Source: a virus. Taken from it: a DNA stretch of 64,000 bases. A program made the position numbers and the translations under genes. The notes below the pieces were generated by a model. That model worked only from the letters and a program-made list of their open reading frames with translations. It was not told the DNA's origin and did no database searches. Where the stretch lies: positions 1 through 64,000 of the IMG/VR virus record IMGVR_UViG_3300035698_035364. One strand, written 5' to 3'. This document shows positions 8,150 through 18,725 of the stretch, piece after piece (the first letter of the stretch is position 1; each line of letters begins with the position of its first letter).

Positions 8150-8599
8150 ATGTCTTTACTAGATGAACTGATGGATATTGATGTGTATTATAAGCATATC
8201 AAGGTAGAAGGTAGAAGGAAATTAGTGGTAATTTCAAAAGAGCAGGCCGATGAGATGTTGGCTGATGAGACCAAGAAAGATGAGGTAGGATCACTTAAAA
8301 CTAAGTGGAGTAATCTTAGTTGGGAAGAGCAGAACACTATTATGGCTTCTTCTTTTAAAGCTGGTGTTCCTGTGACTCAGGGTAGAGAAGGACCTCCACC
8401 AGCACAACAATTTGATTTTATCAAGTACAGAGATGTGGTGGTGAAGAGTTGCTTAAAAGAATGGGATTTAGAAGTAAAAGGACAACCAGTTCCTGTCACT
8501 CCCCAATTTATTAACAAATTGCCCGCTATTATTGTGGCTAATTTGTTTAATCAGTTTGAGAAAATTACTTCGTATACGGAGGACGACTTGGGAAACTAG
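8150..8599 (+). CDS. Tail assembly chaperone (gpG-like)
   Basis: Between tube and tape measure; CLKEWDL..G.PVPVTPQFINKLP motif; ends on slippery G GGA AAC TAG. Confidence 0.8.
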   Translation: MSLLDELMDIDVYYKHIKVEGRRKLVVISKEQADEMLADETKKDEVGSLKTKWSNLSWEEQNTIMASSFKAGVPVTQGREGPPPAQQFDFIKYRDVVVKSCLKEWDLEVKGQPVPVTPQFINKLPAIIVANLFNQFEKITSYTEDDLGN

Positions 8600-8631
8600 C
8601 GATGGCCGTGGCAGATTTGGCACGCGGCCGT
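8578..8631 (+). promoter_or_regulatory. Programmed -1 ribosomal frameshift signal
   Basis: X XXY YYZ heptamer GGGAAAC at 8590-8596; GGAGG at 8578-8582; hairpin ATGGCCGTG (8602-8610)/CGCGGCCGT (8623-8631); the next ORF is in the -1 frame with no intervening stop. Confidence 0.85.
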
Positions 8632-8862
8632 AGAATTATGATAGATCCTGTTCCGATAGAGATCCAATGGTTTTTACTGGCAAGAGAGTTTCACTGGACT
8701 CCTCAGCAATGCAAAGAACTGACTGCTAAAGATATGCAAGCGATGCTTCATATGTTGTCGATATATAATAAAGTTCAAAATCAAGGACCGACTTCGGAAC
8801 CGGGAGTGCCAAAAATAACCACCAAAGGTGGTAAACAGTTTATGACTACCTCTTATGGGTAG
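8596..8862 (+). CDS. Frameshift extension of the tail chaperone (gpGT-like C-terminal part; fusion about 237 aa)
   Basis: -1 frame reads CTA GCG ATG GCC...; LAREFHWTPQQCKELT resembles gpT-like extensions; ATG 8602 lies inside the hairpin. Confidence 0.8.
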   Translation, partial: LAMAVADLARGRRIMIDPVPIEIQWFLLAREFHWTPQQCKELTAKDMQAMLHMLSIYNKVQNQGPTSEPGVPKITTKGGKQFMTTSYG

Positions 8863-8891
8863 GAAATATATTATTCCAATAGGAGATAAAA

Positions 8892-9308
8892 ATGCAGAAT
8901 TTATTTATTCAAGAAGAAGACGAATTTGTAGTAAAATTTTCGGTTGCTGTTACTAAGAGTGGAGATATGTACTCAGATCTTAGTTTTGATGATTTAACAA
9001 AAATGATGGATATTATGAAAACAAAGTACGAGATAGAGGAACATGAAGTTGTGTTCCAATACCCTACTTTCAAAGATACAGTAGATCTATCAAAAGGGAT
9101 TGCTACTGATGGGACAAATATTCAGTTGAATATTTTAGAAGATAATTATGGAAGAATGGTTCAGTTGATAAAATCATGGAGCTTTAAGGACAAGGAAGGG
9201 AAAGTCATTCCTGCTACTAGGGAAAATATCAATAAATTAAATCCTGTAGTGGCAAAAGCGATATTATCACAGTTGGACCTGAAAATAGGTAATATTTTGA
9301 ATGTTTAA
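8892..9308 (+). CDS. Second tail assembly chaperone paralogue
   Basis: LIKSWSFKDKEGKVIPATRENINKLNPVVAKAILSQL aligns with CLKEWDLEVKGQPVPVTPQFINKLPAIIVANLFNQF of the 8150 protein; own AAGGAG RBS. Confidence 0.7.
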   Translation: MQNLFIQEEDEFVVKFSVAVTKSGDMYSDLSFDDLTKMMDIMKTKYEIEEHEVVFQYPTFKDTVDLSKGIATDGTNIQLNILEDNYGRMVQLIKSWSFKDKEGKVIPATRENINKLNPVVAKAILSQLDLKIGNILNV

Positions 9309-9335
9309 TCTTGGGGGAAATATCATTTATGGAAT

Positions 9336-9366
9336 AGAGGATAAAAGGGGAAAAGTCGTAAGTATA
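9336..9366 (+). promoter_or_regulatory. Putative phage promoter AGAGG-N18-TAAGTATA (copy 4), upstream of tape measure
   Basis: Same spacing; one mismatch in the -10-like box. Confidence 0.55.
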
Positions 9367-9412
9367 TAGTAAATGTAAATGTATATGTTTATAACTATCT
9401 TGGAATATATAA

Positions 9413-12400
9413 ATGGCAGATGATGAAGCTTTATTAATTAAGCGAATCCAGTTAGCGATGGAGGAAACGGGGATGGAAGAGACCGCGGCCAGAATCTCTC
9501 ATTTGGTCGAAGTTCTTGATAAAGCCGAAAACAATTATGAGGCTGTGCTAAAAGCTGTTCAGAATTTTAGGGATGAGGCGGTTGCCGCTGGTGATGATGT
9601 CGAGAAGGCAACAAAGAAACAATCTAAGCACCAGAAAAAATATAATGCGACACTGAAACAAACTAATAAGCTTCTTAAAACAGTTGGTAAACTAGCGACA
9701 GGAATAATCCCATTTTCTTCGGTTAAAGTTTTAGCGGAATATAATAAAGTAATAATTAGTGCTTCTGTTTCTATGGGGAAATATGGTAAATCTTCTGCTC
9801 AAACTATTAGGAACTTGGAAAATCTATCCAAAAAACTAAAGATGACCAGAAAAGATGTTGCTGGATTGTTCACGGCATATGAAAAACAGGCTGTCAAGTT
9901 CAGTGAGGATGGGTTTAACGCGATTCAGACAAGATTGACTGCGATATGGGGACCAAATCCAGAAGCACAAAGACAAATGCAATCTAGTTTGTTAGGTATT
10001 ATGGATAAAATCCCAGAGATGCAACATTTGATTGAACAAGCAGGATCTGGTTATGGCCCTATGTTGGCAGCTCAGGCAGAGGTGCTTTATCTTACTGGGG
10101 AAATTACTAGAGAAGAAGAAAGGATGTTACAAAATTATGTTGTAGGCAGGGGCAAGATGTCGTCGGAGGACAGAAAACGAGAAGCTGAACAATTAAAACT
10201 TGCTGGGTTGATGGAGCAAATGAATAGGAATGCGGAAACTATCGGACTTTCGATGGCTAGGATACTGCAACCAATTATACAACGTGTTGCTGATTGGGTG
10301 TCAGACAATGAAGATACGATAGAGAGAGTTTTTAATACCGTTGCAAATGTTGCAGGTGTATTTGCTGATAATTTAGAATATGCGTTGATTGCTTTGTTAG
10401 GTATTAAGAGTGCTTTATCGGCTTTGAACTTTTATGCTCTCTTAAAAGTAACTGGAGCAATGGGGATGTTGACGAGTGGAGGTGTTGCTGTTGGTGGAGG
10501 TGCTGCTGCCGCTGGTGGAGGTGCGGCTGTCGCTGGTGCAGGTGGGTTAGCTCTGGGGGCCGGTGTACTAGGGGGTCTGACTGTGGCTATAACTGGAGCA
10601 ATTGCAGCAGGATATGCCTATAACGCAGGAGCCGGTGTTGCGGAGAAAGAGGGGTGGAGCGATCAACTTACTCCTTGGTCCATCAACCCATGGGCTGAAG
10701 GTACCAGGAATCGTCTAGGAGAGGGGATTGGGACTTGGTATGGGGATAAATATAATAGAAAAGAATATAGTGACGAAGAAAATGAAGATTATGCCTTTTC
10801 TCAAGAGTCTTTGAAGCGTAGGAGAGATCTAACTAGAGAAGCCGTAGGAAAGGGCAATTATGAACAGTATGGGAGTATGGCCGCGGAGACTATTTTAAGT
10901 GATAAGGCTATTGCTGAAATGGAAGACAGAATAAGAAAATCCACTAATAAGTTAAAAATGGAGTTTGACAGATCAGATCTAGATATTACTCCTCAAGAGA
11001 GAGCGGCGGAAAATCTTGCCATAACACAAAGAGAATCAAATAGAGATATTTTAGCGGATGCTGATAAGACTAGGCGTATATTAGAAGCTCAAACAACTGA
11101 AGTGCAAGCTCAGACAGGACTTTTAGATGTTTTGTTGGCACAATATCAGTTGAGTGGTAAAAGTATAGCGGAAAGTAGACAACAAGCATCTCTAATGGTG
11201 GAAGCGTTAGAAAAACAAAAAGCTTCTGCCGGTGATATGATATCAAATGCTGAGAAACTTCTGAGCAATGCAAAAGCCATATATGCCCAAAGATTAGCAG
11301 AGGGTGCTAAGGGTGAAGAACTAAAGATGTTATATCAAACACAAGCTAAATATACTGCTGAGATTGTTAAACACAAGCAAACACAAGTTGGAATTGATAA
11401 CCAATTACTAGAATTAAATATGAAGTTGGTTGAAGCTGCTTATGCCCCTCATTTAGAATATACAGAATTAATAGCACAAAAAGCGGCTACTTTGGTTCAA
11501 TTAGCTGATAATTATGCTATCGGTGTTGGTGCTAGTGCAGAAATGCGTATGCAAGAGTATAAGGCAATAGGTGATCAACTTTCTTTACTGGAGAGACAAA
11601 CCGCTGAGTTGAGAAAGACAGCAGAATATCAACGGGGAGAGCAGGCATATATCAATGCAGTCGTAAATAAAGAAAATCAGAGATTAAACTTATTAACAAA
11701 ACAAGCATCAGTGACAAAATCTTTGAGAGATGCGTGGGTATCGGCTATTAGTGCTATGAACGTTGGAGCCGATGGTTTTGCAGAAATTGTGATGAATGCA
11801 GAGCAAAATACTGCTCAAATCATGAGATTGGATGGGGCAGTAAGATCAGCATCTAGTGGTGCATTTGCCATGAGAGATGCTTTTGGTCAGATGGTAGAAG
11901 ATGTAGGATTTATGGGTTCAGAAAAAATGACCCAGTTTGGAGAAATAACAGCTAGGGGTGGTAGAAGCATGTATGCAAGGGCATACGATACTGGAACCGA
12001 AGAAAGAATGATTCCTGGAGGTTTTAGAGGCCCAGAAGCCAGAATGAAAACGGATGTAGAAAGAGCAGCGGCGGGTATGGGAAGAAGTTCTTCCTATGTT
12101 GCTGGAGGGGGCTTTGCAGGTCATGCAGTTGGGGCTAATGAAATGCTGAAAGGCACTGTGACGGAGAGAGGAGGGGCATATGTTGAGCCTGAGACTAAAG
12201 CCCCTGCGACATTGCCTACTGGGTCAACTGCTGTTCCTGGGTCATTTCCTTTCCCTGAAGGCCCTCCTGCTGCGAATAGGCAACCTACGGGTGGTGGTAC
12301 TTCAGTGGCAGTTACCTCTGGATCTACTCCGGTTACAATAGTTGCTCCTATTCCTATCCCTGTATCAATTGTCTCAGCATCAGCAAGTGCTATCCCTTTG

Positions 12401-14590
12401 AATGTGAATGTTGCTTCTCAAGCGGCTAATGTAGCAGTTAATGTGCAGGATAATAAAAATGTTCAGGCACAAGCAGAAGCAACTCTGGCAGCCGCACAAT
12501 CTGTGGCAAATATAGCAGGCCAGGGGGCAGATAAGCCCCCATCGGCTGTTGAACAGACGGCTCAAGAATCGACGGGATTGAAATTTTTAGATTCTATCAT
12601 AGCTAAAGGAGGGACTATTCCAACTTCTTCTCCTTCTCCTATTAGCCCTGAGGAACAACGCAATCTTCAAGAATCTACGATGGGACCTGGAGCATACAAA
12701 GAAATGTATGGACCAAATCTTTCAGAGCTAGTATCTTCGTTAAAAGCGTCATCAGCAATGGCAGAAAAGGCAGAGGGATGGTGGAATAACGAGATGGATA
12801 GTCGTGATGCATTCCAACAGACTATTAATGACACGATTGGTAGGATTGAAGGATTGGAAGCCGGGGTTCAGAAGGATCTGGGTTATACTCCGCAAGGGCA
12901 AATACCTCTTGGAGCGTTGAATCAAAATGAGATGCAACAAGTTCATTTGGATATGTTCTCTGTAGTTAATTCTCTGGATAAATGGGCATCAGCACAAGAA
13001 ATTCAACGAGAAGGGAAAATAGACCCGTATACTCAGGATGTTGCTGCAAGCATGTCGAATTTGATGAAACCAATAGAAAAGTTTTCTGGCCGCAAAGTTT
13101 CTATTAATAAAATGAGTGATGAAGATCGGTTAGCTCAAGTCGGTGGTAAGGATATGAGCTATTCTGCCAATTTCCTAAATGAGATGGGTAGTTCATTTTC
13201 TGGGCCTTTATCTTATGCTAGAACTCTGGCAGAAAGAGAGGGGTTGGATCCAGAGGTAGTTAAGGCATTAGCGGACATAACGGCTCAGAAGGCGGAATTT
13301 GATGATCGGTTTTATAGAAGATTCGATAAAAAGGGCAATAGCGTACTTCAGGCAATGCCTGATTTGACGAGAGATGATGAGGGATATATGAGGGTGCAGA
13401 CTGAGGCTGTCGCAGATAGCTTGTCTCCTATACAATCTGCTGTATTTGCTTTAATCAATCAGATGGAACAGCGTGAGTTTGACCCTATGACAGGCCAAGA
13501 GGTGATGCCTGAAAATATTAAGGGAGAACAAAAGTTTATAGACGTGTTGTATAAGATGGAGCAAGGGCTGTCAGGTCAAACAGGGAAAACTTATGATGTA
13601 GAATTGACTAATCCTCCTGAAGAGAAAGCTGGTGGTGCTGCGGTAACGACTGTGCCTACCTCAGATCCTAACACTGCTATTTTGGACATAGGATCTGCGG
13701 TAGCGGCAATAGCAACTAACCCTATGTTAGCGGCATTAACTGCTGCTACTGTGGTAGCATCTGATATGGCTGCGACTGCTCTTTCTTCTGAATCTGCACC
13801 TGCGACACTTCCTGCTGCTGAAGAACTGGCTGCTGACAATAAAGATAGTCAGTTGGACTTAATGCAACATAGTCAGGCAAATATGCAAAAGGAAATAAGC
13901 GGGATAAATGCTAACATACATGAAGTGGATAAAGGAGCAATAGCTGCGGGAACTGATGACCCTACTTCTCTTGTCAGCCCAGGAGACTTACCTTCTGGTC
14001 CTTCTGATCGTCTTTCTGTTCTTGCTGCTGCTGCACTTCCTTCTTCTCCTAAAGATCTTGCGGGATCTGCTAATCCTAATTTTATTGTGCCTGAGAGCGT
14101 CCCTGCTAATATTCCTGTTCCTCCTACTTCCTCGCCTCCTAAGAAGGAAAGTTCTTGGTGGGATTGGATCCCTGGCACTACTGGTGTTGGGCAAGCTAGT
14201 GCAGCTTCATATGCCGCTATGAAAGCTTCCTCCACTGTTGCCGGACTTCCTGCTGCTGTCACTCCTGTTTCTACTGGAATGCCTGCTACTGCTGCCCCTA
14301 TTGCTACTGGAATTCCTGCTGCTGTTGCCCCTGTTTCTGTTCAACCTGCTGTTCCCCCTCCCGTTCCACAAGCAGTTATGCCTGGTGGAGGCTACTCCAC
14401 AACGGATACTCCTCAATTATCTCCTGCCGGACAAGGCAAGTTTGATGTGAGTGTTTCATTACCGTCTATTAAGGTGGAGTATAATGATGCTGATCAATTT
14501 GTAAGAAAAGCGGCTGTTGCAATTACTAATAATCTTACCCCTGTGGTACAAAAGGTGGTAGGAGAAATTCTAACACAATACCATGCTTAA
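9413..14590 (+). CDS. Tape measure protein with long Pro/Ala/Ser/Thr-rich C-terminal regions
   Basis: 1725 aa following the chaperones; helical Ala/Gln/Glu-rich N-half; hydrophobic Gly/Ala stretch around aa 320-400. Confidence 0.85.
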   Translation: MADDEALLIKRIQLAMEETGMEETAARISHLVEVLDKAENNYEAVLKAVQNFRDEAVAAGDDVEKATKKQSKHQKKYNATLKQTNKLLKTVGKLATGIIPFSSVKVLAEYNKVIISASVSMGKYGKSSAQTIRNLENLSKKLKMTRKDVAGLFTAYEKQAVKFSEDGFNAIQTRLTAIWGPNPEAQRQMQSSLLGIMDKIPEMQHLIEQAGSGYGPMLAAQAEVLYLTGEITREEERMLQNYVVGRGKMSSEDRKREAEQLKLAGLMEQMNRNAETIGLSMARILQPIIQRVADWVSDNEDTIERVFNTVANVAGVFADNLEYALIALLGIKSALSALNFYALLKVTGAMGMLTSGGVAVGGGAAAAGGGAAVAGAGGLALGAGVLGGLTVAITGAIAAGYAYNAGAGVAEKEGWSDQLTPWSINPWAEGTRNRLGEGIGTWYGDKYNRKEYSDEENEDYAFSQESLKRRRDLTREAVGKGNYEQYGSMAAETILSDKAIAEMEDRIRKSTNKLKMEFDRSDLDITPQERAAENLAITQRESNRDILADADKTRRILEAQTTEVQAQTGLLDVLLAQYQLSGKSIAESRQQASLMVEALEKQKASAGDMISNAEKLLSNAKAIYAQRLAEGAKGEELKMLYQTQAKYTAEIVKHKQTQVGIDNQLLELNMKLVEAAYAPHLEYTELIAQKAATLVQLADNYAIGVGASAEMRMQEYKAIGDQLSLLERQTAELRKTAEYQRGEQAYINAVVNKENQRLNLLTKQASVTKSLRDAWVSAISAMNVGADGFAEIVMNAEQNTAQIMRLDGAVRSASSGAFAMRDAFGQMVEDVGFMGSEKMTQFGEITARGGRSMYARAYDTGTEERMIPGGFRGPEARMKTDVERAAAGMGRSSSYVAGGGFAGHAVGANEMLKGTVTERGGAYVEPETKAPATLPTGSTAVPGSFPFPEGPPAANRQPTGGGTSVAVTSGSTPVTIVAPIPIPVSIVSASASAIPLNVNVASQAANVAVNVQDNKNVQAQAEATLAAAQSVANIAGQGADKPPSAVEQTAQESTGLKFLDSIIAKGGTIPTSSPSPISPEEQRNLQESTMGPGAYKEMYGPNLSELVSSLKASSAMAEKAEGWWNNEMDSRDAFQQTINDTIGRIEGLEAGVQKDLGYTPQGQIPLGALNQNEMQQVHLDMFSVVNSLDKWASAQEIQREGKIDPYTQDVAASMSNLMKPIEKFSGRKVSINKMSDEDRLAQVGGKDMSYSANFLNEMGSSFSGPLSYARTLAEREGLDPEVVKALADITAQKAEFDDRFYRRFDKKGNSVLQAMPDLTRDDEGYMRVQTEAVADSLSPIQSAVFALINQMEQREFDPMTGQEVMPENIKGEQKFIDVLYKMEQGLSGQTGKTYDVELTNPPEEKAGGAAVTTVPTSDPNTAILDIGSAVAAIATNPMLAALTAATVVASDMAATALSSESAPATLPAAEELAADNKDSQLDLMQHSQANMQKEISGINANIHEVDKGAIAAGTDDPTSLVSPGDLPSGPSDRLSVLAAAALPSSPKDLAGSANPNFIVPESVPANIPVPPTSSPPKKESSWWDWIPGTTGVGQASAASYAAMKASSTVAGLPAAVTPVSTGMPATAAPIATGIPAAVAPVSVQPAVPPPVPQAVMPGGGYSTTDTPQLSPAGQGKFDVSVSLPSIKVEYNDADQFVRKAAVAITNNLTPVVQKVVGEILTQYHA
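14249..14347 (+). repeat. 3 x 33-nt degenerate coding tandem repeat in tape measure
   Basis: PAAVTPVSTGM / PATAAPIATGI / PAAVAPVSVQP; units start at 14249, 14282 and 14315. Confidence 0.8.
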
Positions 14591-14602
14591 TAAGACATAT
14601 CT

Positions 14603-17600
14603 ATGGCTACTTTTGATAATAGAGGAACATTTTTATGCTACAACAACTCTGATTTGATAAGAGATGGTTATATCTATTCCATCCTTACCAAAGAGTATGT
14701 TCCCCTTGGTTCTTTTAACCAAGATAGATTAAATAGGAATCCTCCTAATGGCACATCTTATACTGTTGTTAGGGACGAAGCGGGGGCTATCACACAGATA
14801 TTTGAGCGTAGAAAGTTACTTCCCGCCACAAAAATAAAAATAGAGATAGATTTTAGTAAGGTGATGAGAAGTGCTTTAAATTTCCCTTTTTCCCCTGGTG
14901 AGTTCTCTTTCAGTCCGTTGGCTTCTCTAATAGCCACTCCTATGATGGCGATGTTGGGGATGGGTGGTATTACTTCTGGCACTACTGAAATTACTTTTCA
15001 AATAGTAGATGCAGAGACAAAAATAAATCAACCTGTTACTGTTACTCAGGAAATGATTGATACTAAAATTTATGAGTTTGAAGATTATCCTTTGTCTGTT
15101 TTTGGTATTGTAAAAGAGCATTCTGAAGTGATAGAGGAAGAAGAGACGGATCCGGAAACGGGAGAAACGACTACTAATACTAGAAATATTAATGTTGGCC
15201 TTGATTTCACTGATGAACAGTTGCAAGTAATAGGTAAGTTTAATGATGGAGTATGGCAAGGGTCTGCTAGAAAACGTATAGATGGGAATACGGATAGTGC
15301 TGGTTTATTCGGGATGAAGGAGACGGAAGTAAAGTTTGAAGACGTAAGATATTTTGATCAAGAGCAGTTATTTGTGAAAATAGTGAGGGACACTAGGAAG
15401 TTGAAGTTTAGAGGGGATAATTATGATGCTACAGGAGAAAAAGAGTATCCGCCTAAAATAGTGGGTTCCAAGTCGGTAGATGCTACTGATAGACAGATAA
15501 GAATTAAAACAGATGATTTAGTAGTAGGAGATAAAATTTACCTTACTTATTCTATAGCATCTAATAGACATGTGAGGCAGAACTTAATTCATAAAGGATC
15601 TATTGCTCAAGGGAATACTATTGGAGTAGGGGGTTTTATAGGAACTGTGAGCACCGAGACAGATGCTTTTGACTATCAGATAGCAGATTGGAAAGTTCCT
15701 GCTTTACCAACGGAAGTGACGGCAGAAGATACAATAGAAGATATAATAGAAGATAATTACACTTCTGATTCTGATTACAAATTGACTTCTAGACAGTATG
15801 CGGTAATAAAAGCTTATGAACAATTGCCTTCAGAGCAGAAAACAGAGGAATTGGACGCTTTATTTGCTCACGACACAATAGAGGGGTGGAGATTGTCGGA
15901 AGGGGTTAACCACAAAACTAAAAGATTTTGGGCCGGAGATTATCGGGGGATTATGTTGGTAGAGTTTCAGGAGATTATAGAAGCACCTCCTGAAAGAAAG
16001 TTGTGGGAAACTTATGTAGTGACATATACTCCTACTCGCTATGGCAATGCCAAAGCTACTTTAGTCATCCCCAGATCCAATATAAGAGATCAAAGTTGGT
16101 TTGACGAGTATTTGCAGGGGTTAGATTTTACTTTCCCTACAGGCCAAAATGGGACGTATTTACCAACTGATTTAGAACAGAAGATAGAAGAAAATATAAA
16201 TTTGGATGATGAAACTGGATTTTTGTTTGATCTTAGTGAAGTTACTAATTCTTTATTGTTTGACAGGGAGAAAGTCCCTTACTATAGACCTTTTGCTAAT
16301 GCTATAAGGCTTATGTTATCTTATAATGCGGAGAGTAACACTTCAGGGGTGGGAGTTATTAACCTGGATCTGTTGAAGACGTTGGACGACCAATATCATA
16401 ATTTAGCCCTTTATGATTTATCTTTGGCTACTTTTGCTCATGCTAATGCCCAACCTTCTAAATCTTTTTCTTGTGAAGAAGAATATACCATATTGCCAGA
16501 ACATTATTTCTCAGCAAGTTATGAGCCTAATGTTAGTGATGGGACAAAGGTATGGTACGATAGAGATTTTTTATTGAATGACGTGCTGGGATGGAAACCG
16601 AGTGGTAGTAGCATAGAAAGCTATTGGAAAGTAGAAACTCCTTATTTTTGTGGCAACTTTACTAGATCTACTAGGATTTATATAGAAGATATAGGAGGGA
16701 CATCTATAGATAATTATAGTAAGATTTATGTCGATACTGATCCATATATCCCCCATAATATTTCTTTGGATCGTAGTGATTTTAGAAATGCTGCCGTTGT
16801 CGTATCCCGTGATGAGAATATGCATTTTGGGTTGTCGTATGATTTTCTTACAGACTCTTATTTTGAATCTTATTATTCTGATTTAGAACTAGACACGACG
16901 AAAAACCATACCCGTGAATCGTATGACCATAGCAAAGATTTAATTATGGGGCAGAATAGTATTCTGGGAGATGCTCCTAGTTATAGTAATGGGATCCCTA
17001 TAACAGATGATATAATCAGAATATGTCATGATGGGTTAGGAGAGAAGTTCTGGTTCAACCGAATATTATATGTACCAGAACAAGAGGCTGGGTTTAAATT
17101 AGATTTTAATGATACTCCTCCTAAGATTACTTTGCCGCGAGATTGGTTTATTAAGGAAATGTATATAGAATATACGTTAGATGGTGGTGCTTCTCTTACA
17201 GAACTGGATAGGCAAATATCATTTTATTTTGAAGCTACAGATAGCTCTATTAGTAATATTAGAGTGTCTAATTCGGATAAGGATGTAAAAACTAATAAAT
17301 ATTCTGCTAAGATATTTTTTAATTATTATTATGGCGGTCCAGTGCAGTTTTTAGGTGATTTCTGGAAAAAGGCTAATATAACATATATAAGTGGCAGATT
17401 TACTAGTCCTAGTAATCCTGATAGTGATGTGAGTTTAAATCTATTAGAATACAAACTTGATTCTGGCCAAAGTGCAGTTGTTTATGATCTTATGCAAAGG
17501 TTGATGGTATTTTATGCTAATAGTGAAACAGGGAATTTAGATGCAGCGGTCTCTGGGGATAATGGAGAGACATGGATTACCTATCCTAATATGATTAGAT

Positions 17601-18721
17601 TAATATCGGGAGAAACAGCGACTTTACCTTTTATTATTAAGGATGCTCCTGGATCTCTAGGTAGTCATTATGTTCATTTATATTATGTTTTGAATGATCA
17701 ATATTTGATGTATAAAAGAATTAATACTGACTCTTTTGTTCTTGACGATGCTTTTCAGGAACAGAAAGCCCCTACAACCTACGAAGATGGGGATTATAAC
17801 CAAAGTTTAGAGGATCCGGAGAAGGAATATTGGGGGGTTTTATCAGATCCAGGCAATTTACAAAGAAGAGAGGCAAGTTTTTTTGTTGTGGGGGACAGTG
17901 AAACAACATATTTTCAGAAGCAGATGGAGATTAACTCTGATCTGGCCGTGTCTAATGCAGTCATAACGGACAATAATAAGAAGCAATATCCTAGATTTGT
18001 ATATTCTGGGGATATAAATAATCTTAATGATAAATTCGATGGAGAGCCTTATACTATTTTTATGGATAAGCAGGGAGTTATGCGTTTATTTTTAACACAT
18101 AACGGGCAGATGTCGATTAAAAGAAGTAATGATTTACTTAGTTGGTCTTATGATATAGAAGGTGTAAGCATCCATAAGAATTATCGGGACGATGATTTAA
18201 ATAAAGGAGCTACCTTTGAAATACATAATATACAATTAGTAAGAAACCCCTATAATAAAGAAGAGATTTCTCTTTTATATATATATAATGGGATGTTATT
18301 TATCAGGCATTTTAGTGCTAAGAGATTGCTTCCTTCTTACGATGCAGATGGAAATCCCCAGACTGAGAATGTAAGAGAATATTTAGAGCTAGATGAGAAC
18401 ACTACTAATAGGCCGATATTTTTAGTGGGGAATATGCCACAAAGCATAAGAGATTTGAGAATATCTGAAATACAGCAAGGCATTGATACTTTTTCCCCCA
18501 ATTCTGCTTTACTTTTTATTATCCCATATAGGGCCGATGAAATAGCAGGATTTGATGAAAATTTTGCAATAGATGAGAATACTCAGGTTTATTCTTATGT
18601 TATGAGGACAGGTGTGGCAAGAGTATTTTATAAGGATAGTTTGGGGTTTTTGAATAGTTTGATAATTTTTGCTCCGGGGTCATCGATCCCCGAAGTATGG
18701 CTAAAAGTGAAAGAGTCTTAA
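14603..18721 (+). CDS. Large tail-tip protein with C-terminal Asp-box/BNR-like propeller elements
   Basis: 1372 aa directly after tape measure; VSGDNGETW and RSNDLLSW Asp-box-like motifs. Confidence 0.55.
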   Translation: MATFDNRGTFLCYNNSDLIRDGYIYSILTKEYVPLGSFNQDRLNRNPPNGTSYTVVRDEAGAITQIFERRKLLPATKIKIEIDFSKVMRSALNFPFSPGEFSFSPLASLIATPMMAMLGMGGITSGTTEITFQIVDAETKINQPVTVTQEMIDTKIYEFEDYPLSVFGIVKEHSEVIEEEETDPETGETTTNTRNINVGLDFTDEQLQVIGKFNDGVWQGSARKRIDGNTDSAGLFGMKETEVKFEDVRYFDQEQLFVKIVRDTRKLKFRGDNYDATGEKEYPPKIVGSKSVDATDRQIRIKTDDLVVGDKIYLTYSIASNRHVRQNLIHKGSIAQGNTIGVGGFIGTVSTETDAFDYQIADWKVPALPTEVTAEDTIEDIIEDNYTSDSDYKLTSRQYAVIKAYEQLPSEQKTEELDALFAHDTIEGWRLSEGVNHKTKRFWAGDYRGIMLVEFQEIIEAPPERKLWETYVVTYTPTRYGNAKATLVIPRSNIRDQSWFDEYLQGLDFTFPTGQNGTYLPTDLEQKIEENINLDDETGFLFDLSEVTNSLLFDREKVPYYRPFANAIRLMLSYNAESNTSGVGVINLDLLKTLDDQYHNLALYDLSLATFAHANAQPSKSFSCEEEYTILPEHYFSASYEPNVSDGTKVWYDRDFLLNDVLGWKPSGSSIESYWKVETPYFCGNFTRSTRIYIEDIGGTSIDNYSKIYVDTDPYIPHNISLDRSDFRNAAVVVSRDENMHFGLSYDFLTDSYFESYYSDLELDTTKNHTRESYDHSKDLIMGQNSILGDAPSYSNGIPITDDIIRICHDGLGEKFWFNRILYVPEQEAGFKLDFNDTPPKITLPRDWFIKEMYIEYTLDGGASLTELDRQISFYFEATDSSISNIRVSNSDKDVKTNKYSAKIFFNYYYGGPVQFLGDFWKKANITYISGRFTSPSNPDSDVSLNLLEYKLDSGQSAVVYDLMQRLMVFYANSETGNLDAAVSGDNGETWITYPNMIRLISGETATLPFIIKDAPGSLGSHYVHLYYVLNDQYLMYKRINTDSFVLDDAFQEQKAPTTYEDGDYNQSLEDPEKEYWGVLSDPGNLQRREASFFVVGDSETTYFQKQMEINSDLAVSNAVITDNNKKQYPRFVYSGDINNLNDKFDGEPYTIFMDKQGVMRLFLTHNGQMSIKRSNDLLSWSYDIEGVSIHKNYRDDDLNKGATFEIHNIQLVRNPYNKEEISLLYIYNGMLFIRHFSAKRLLPSYDADGNPQTENVREYLELDENTTNRPIFLVGNMPQSIRDLRISEIQQGIDTFSPNSALLFIIPYRADEIAGFDENFAIDENTQVYSYVMRTGVARVFYKDSLGFLNSLIIFAPGSSIPEVWLKVKES

Positions 18722-18725
18722 TAAT

